In this document: piece after piece, positions 60,978 through 62,532 of the stretch
Layout: every line of letters starts with the position of its first letter
How positions within the stretch are numbered: position 1 is the first letter of the stretch
NCBI GenBank assembly: GCA_049999805.1
Contig: JBNGIO010006279.1
Coordinates: 1 to 62,532 of the forward strand
Reading direction: 5' to 3'
DNA from: Folioceros fuciformis
Lineage: Eukaryota
DNA: 62,532 nt
The notes under the pieces: model-generated
The model's database searches: none
Seen by the model: the letters and a program-made list of their open reading frames with translations, nothing else
Told to the model about the DNA's origin: nothing
Program-made: the position numbers and the translations under genes

Positions 60978-62517
60978 CTAGAATTGCTTCATCCAATCAA
61001 TTGAGAAGAACTTACTAGATTTACGTGATTGGAGCCTATCTTGTTCTTTCTTAAGAGTACTTTCAGCATCTCTGATTTGTTTTTGTCGTTTTTGCTCAGA
61101 CTCTTGGGCGGCAAGTTTTACACTCGTAGCAAATCTGAACACTGATTTTGCTGCCTTCGTCCTAAGTACATTCAACCATTAACATACATCCATACCATAT
61201 GTTAACAAAACCATTCATCTAGTCTAAACTGGGATGACAGTAAGCATAACAAACCTGGATTCCGCACTCCCTTCTTGGTTAGCTGGATTGTTTGTAAATT
61301 CTATCAATTTTGAAACGCTTTCCCTTATAACCAATTCCATTTCTTGCCATTCACTTCCATAAGTCTATAAAAGGGTGTCACTGTGAGACCATTCTCATTT
61401 TTTATTGCATACAATATGAACAAATAAATAATCTAAAGCCTTACAAAATTAAAAGGTCTATTTGTACTTGAATGCTTGGATGAATTCATTCCACATTGAT
61501 CCATTAATTGATTTAAAAAAGATTACCTCAGAAATGTTCAATGTGGCGTAATAAANNNNNNNNNNNNNNNNNNNNNNNNNNNNNNNNNNNNNNNNNNNNN
61601 NNNNNNNNNNNNNNNNNNNNNNNNNNNNNNNNNNNNNNNNNNNNNNNNNNNNNNNATCATGAACAAGAGTGTCTCTGTCGAAGTGATCCTTAGCTTGTCT
61701 AGTTTTATTTAAAAAATCTTGCATGCTTTGTGAAAATTTTCCTTTCTCATAGTCCCCATGTTTTAAGCATTCTTCACATAGCACATTAGAAGTGACAATC
61801 ACCGCATCCAAGGGAACACTACAACGCTCATTTTCCGTCTGCTCTAAATTTTCAATTTCATAATTATTAAATGAGTCAATTAACACAACACAAACCACCC
61901 ACCCACATGTTCAAAGCGAATACAAAACTTTTACAGCACAAAAAAAAAAAATGATCAAGGTTGGTAAGAGACCTCTCACAATGCATAACATAATGCCACA
62001 TCCAGTGCTTATAAGTTTTTTGATTTGATCACTCTATAATGCTGATGCCGATTTAGCAACGAGAGTTATATGTTGTGCAAAATTCATCATTTCTTCATAA
62101 CCACGTACCAATCTTCGTGCTGTTTGTTGTGCTGCAGCTGCTAATTCATGTTTATAACCAGCCATATATAAATAATAAATTCGCTTCAAAGCTGTACCAA
62201 CATGATTGATCAAAAGCAACCAAGATTAACATCGAGATACGAACTTCAACAATTTAGCCATGCCCATCCTCATCTTTTCAATCTACAAGCTACAACAAAA
62301 GGTCCAAAGTTGCAGTACCCCAGAAAAGATTATCGGCGGGTGTTCCCTTGTGTTGAAGTTCCTTAAGTGTATCGGCTTCATGTTTGTTTGCATATTGTTG
62401 TCGTGCCTTCTGGACACCCGAAGAGACAACACTGATTGTGTTCTTTGTTGCTTGGAAAAGCAAACCCACACCTTTTTTTGCCACAGTTGCTGCTGATGAA
62501 GTAGCTTGAGCAGACAT
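60978..62517 (-). pseudogene. AT-rich decayed ORF tract of unknown family
   Basis: Consecutive minus-strand protein-like segments separated by isolated TAA/TAG stops and frameshifts. No clear splice signals. Composition unlike the neighbouring host genes. Confidence 0.4.
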
Positions 62518-62532
62518 GATGGAATCCTTGTT

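Overview
Eukaryotic land-plant nuclear DNA from a compact genome. Short introns, tight head-to-head genes and an intronless PLS-PPR gene suggest a bryophyte, possibly a hornwort; this is inference. Three zones. (1) A gene-dense island at ~3-21.5 kb: XLG, intronless VPS2, an ABHD11-like hydrolase, a spliced 63-aa membrane microprotein missing from the ORF track, a kinase-PP2C fusion, a DUF1218 gene with a structured uORF-bearing leader, SCO2/CYO1 and CCDC115/VMA22. (2) A TE-riddled tandem array of lineage-specific F-box genes at ~22-49.5 kb, with 3 intact copies and 2 deleted relics. It holds a triple nest: a CRE-like RLE non-LTR retrotransposon, interrupted by a Copia element with non-canonical TA...TA LTRs and a perfect 5-bp TSD, itself interrupted by a Tc1/mariner(pogo)-like TIR element. 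(3) A second gene island at ~49.5-59.4 kb (PLS-E+ PPR, a Ser/Arg-rich membrane-anchored repeat protein, intronless TM9SF), followed by an AT-rich decayed ORF tract of unknown, possibly foreign, origin. Coordinates and gene models were read by eye; no searches or folding programs were run.
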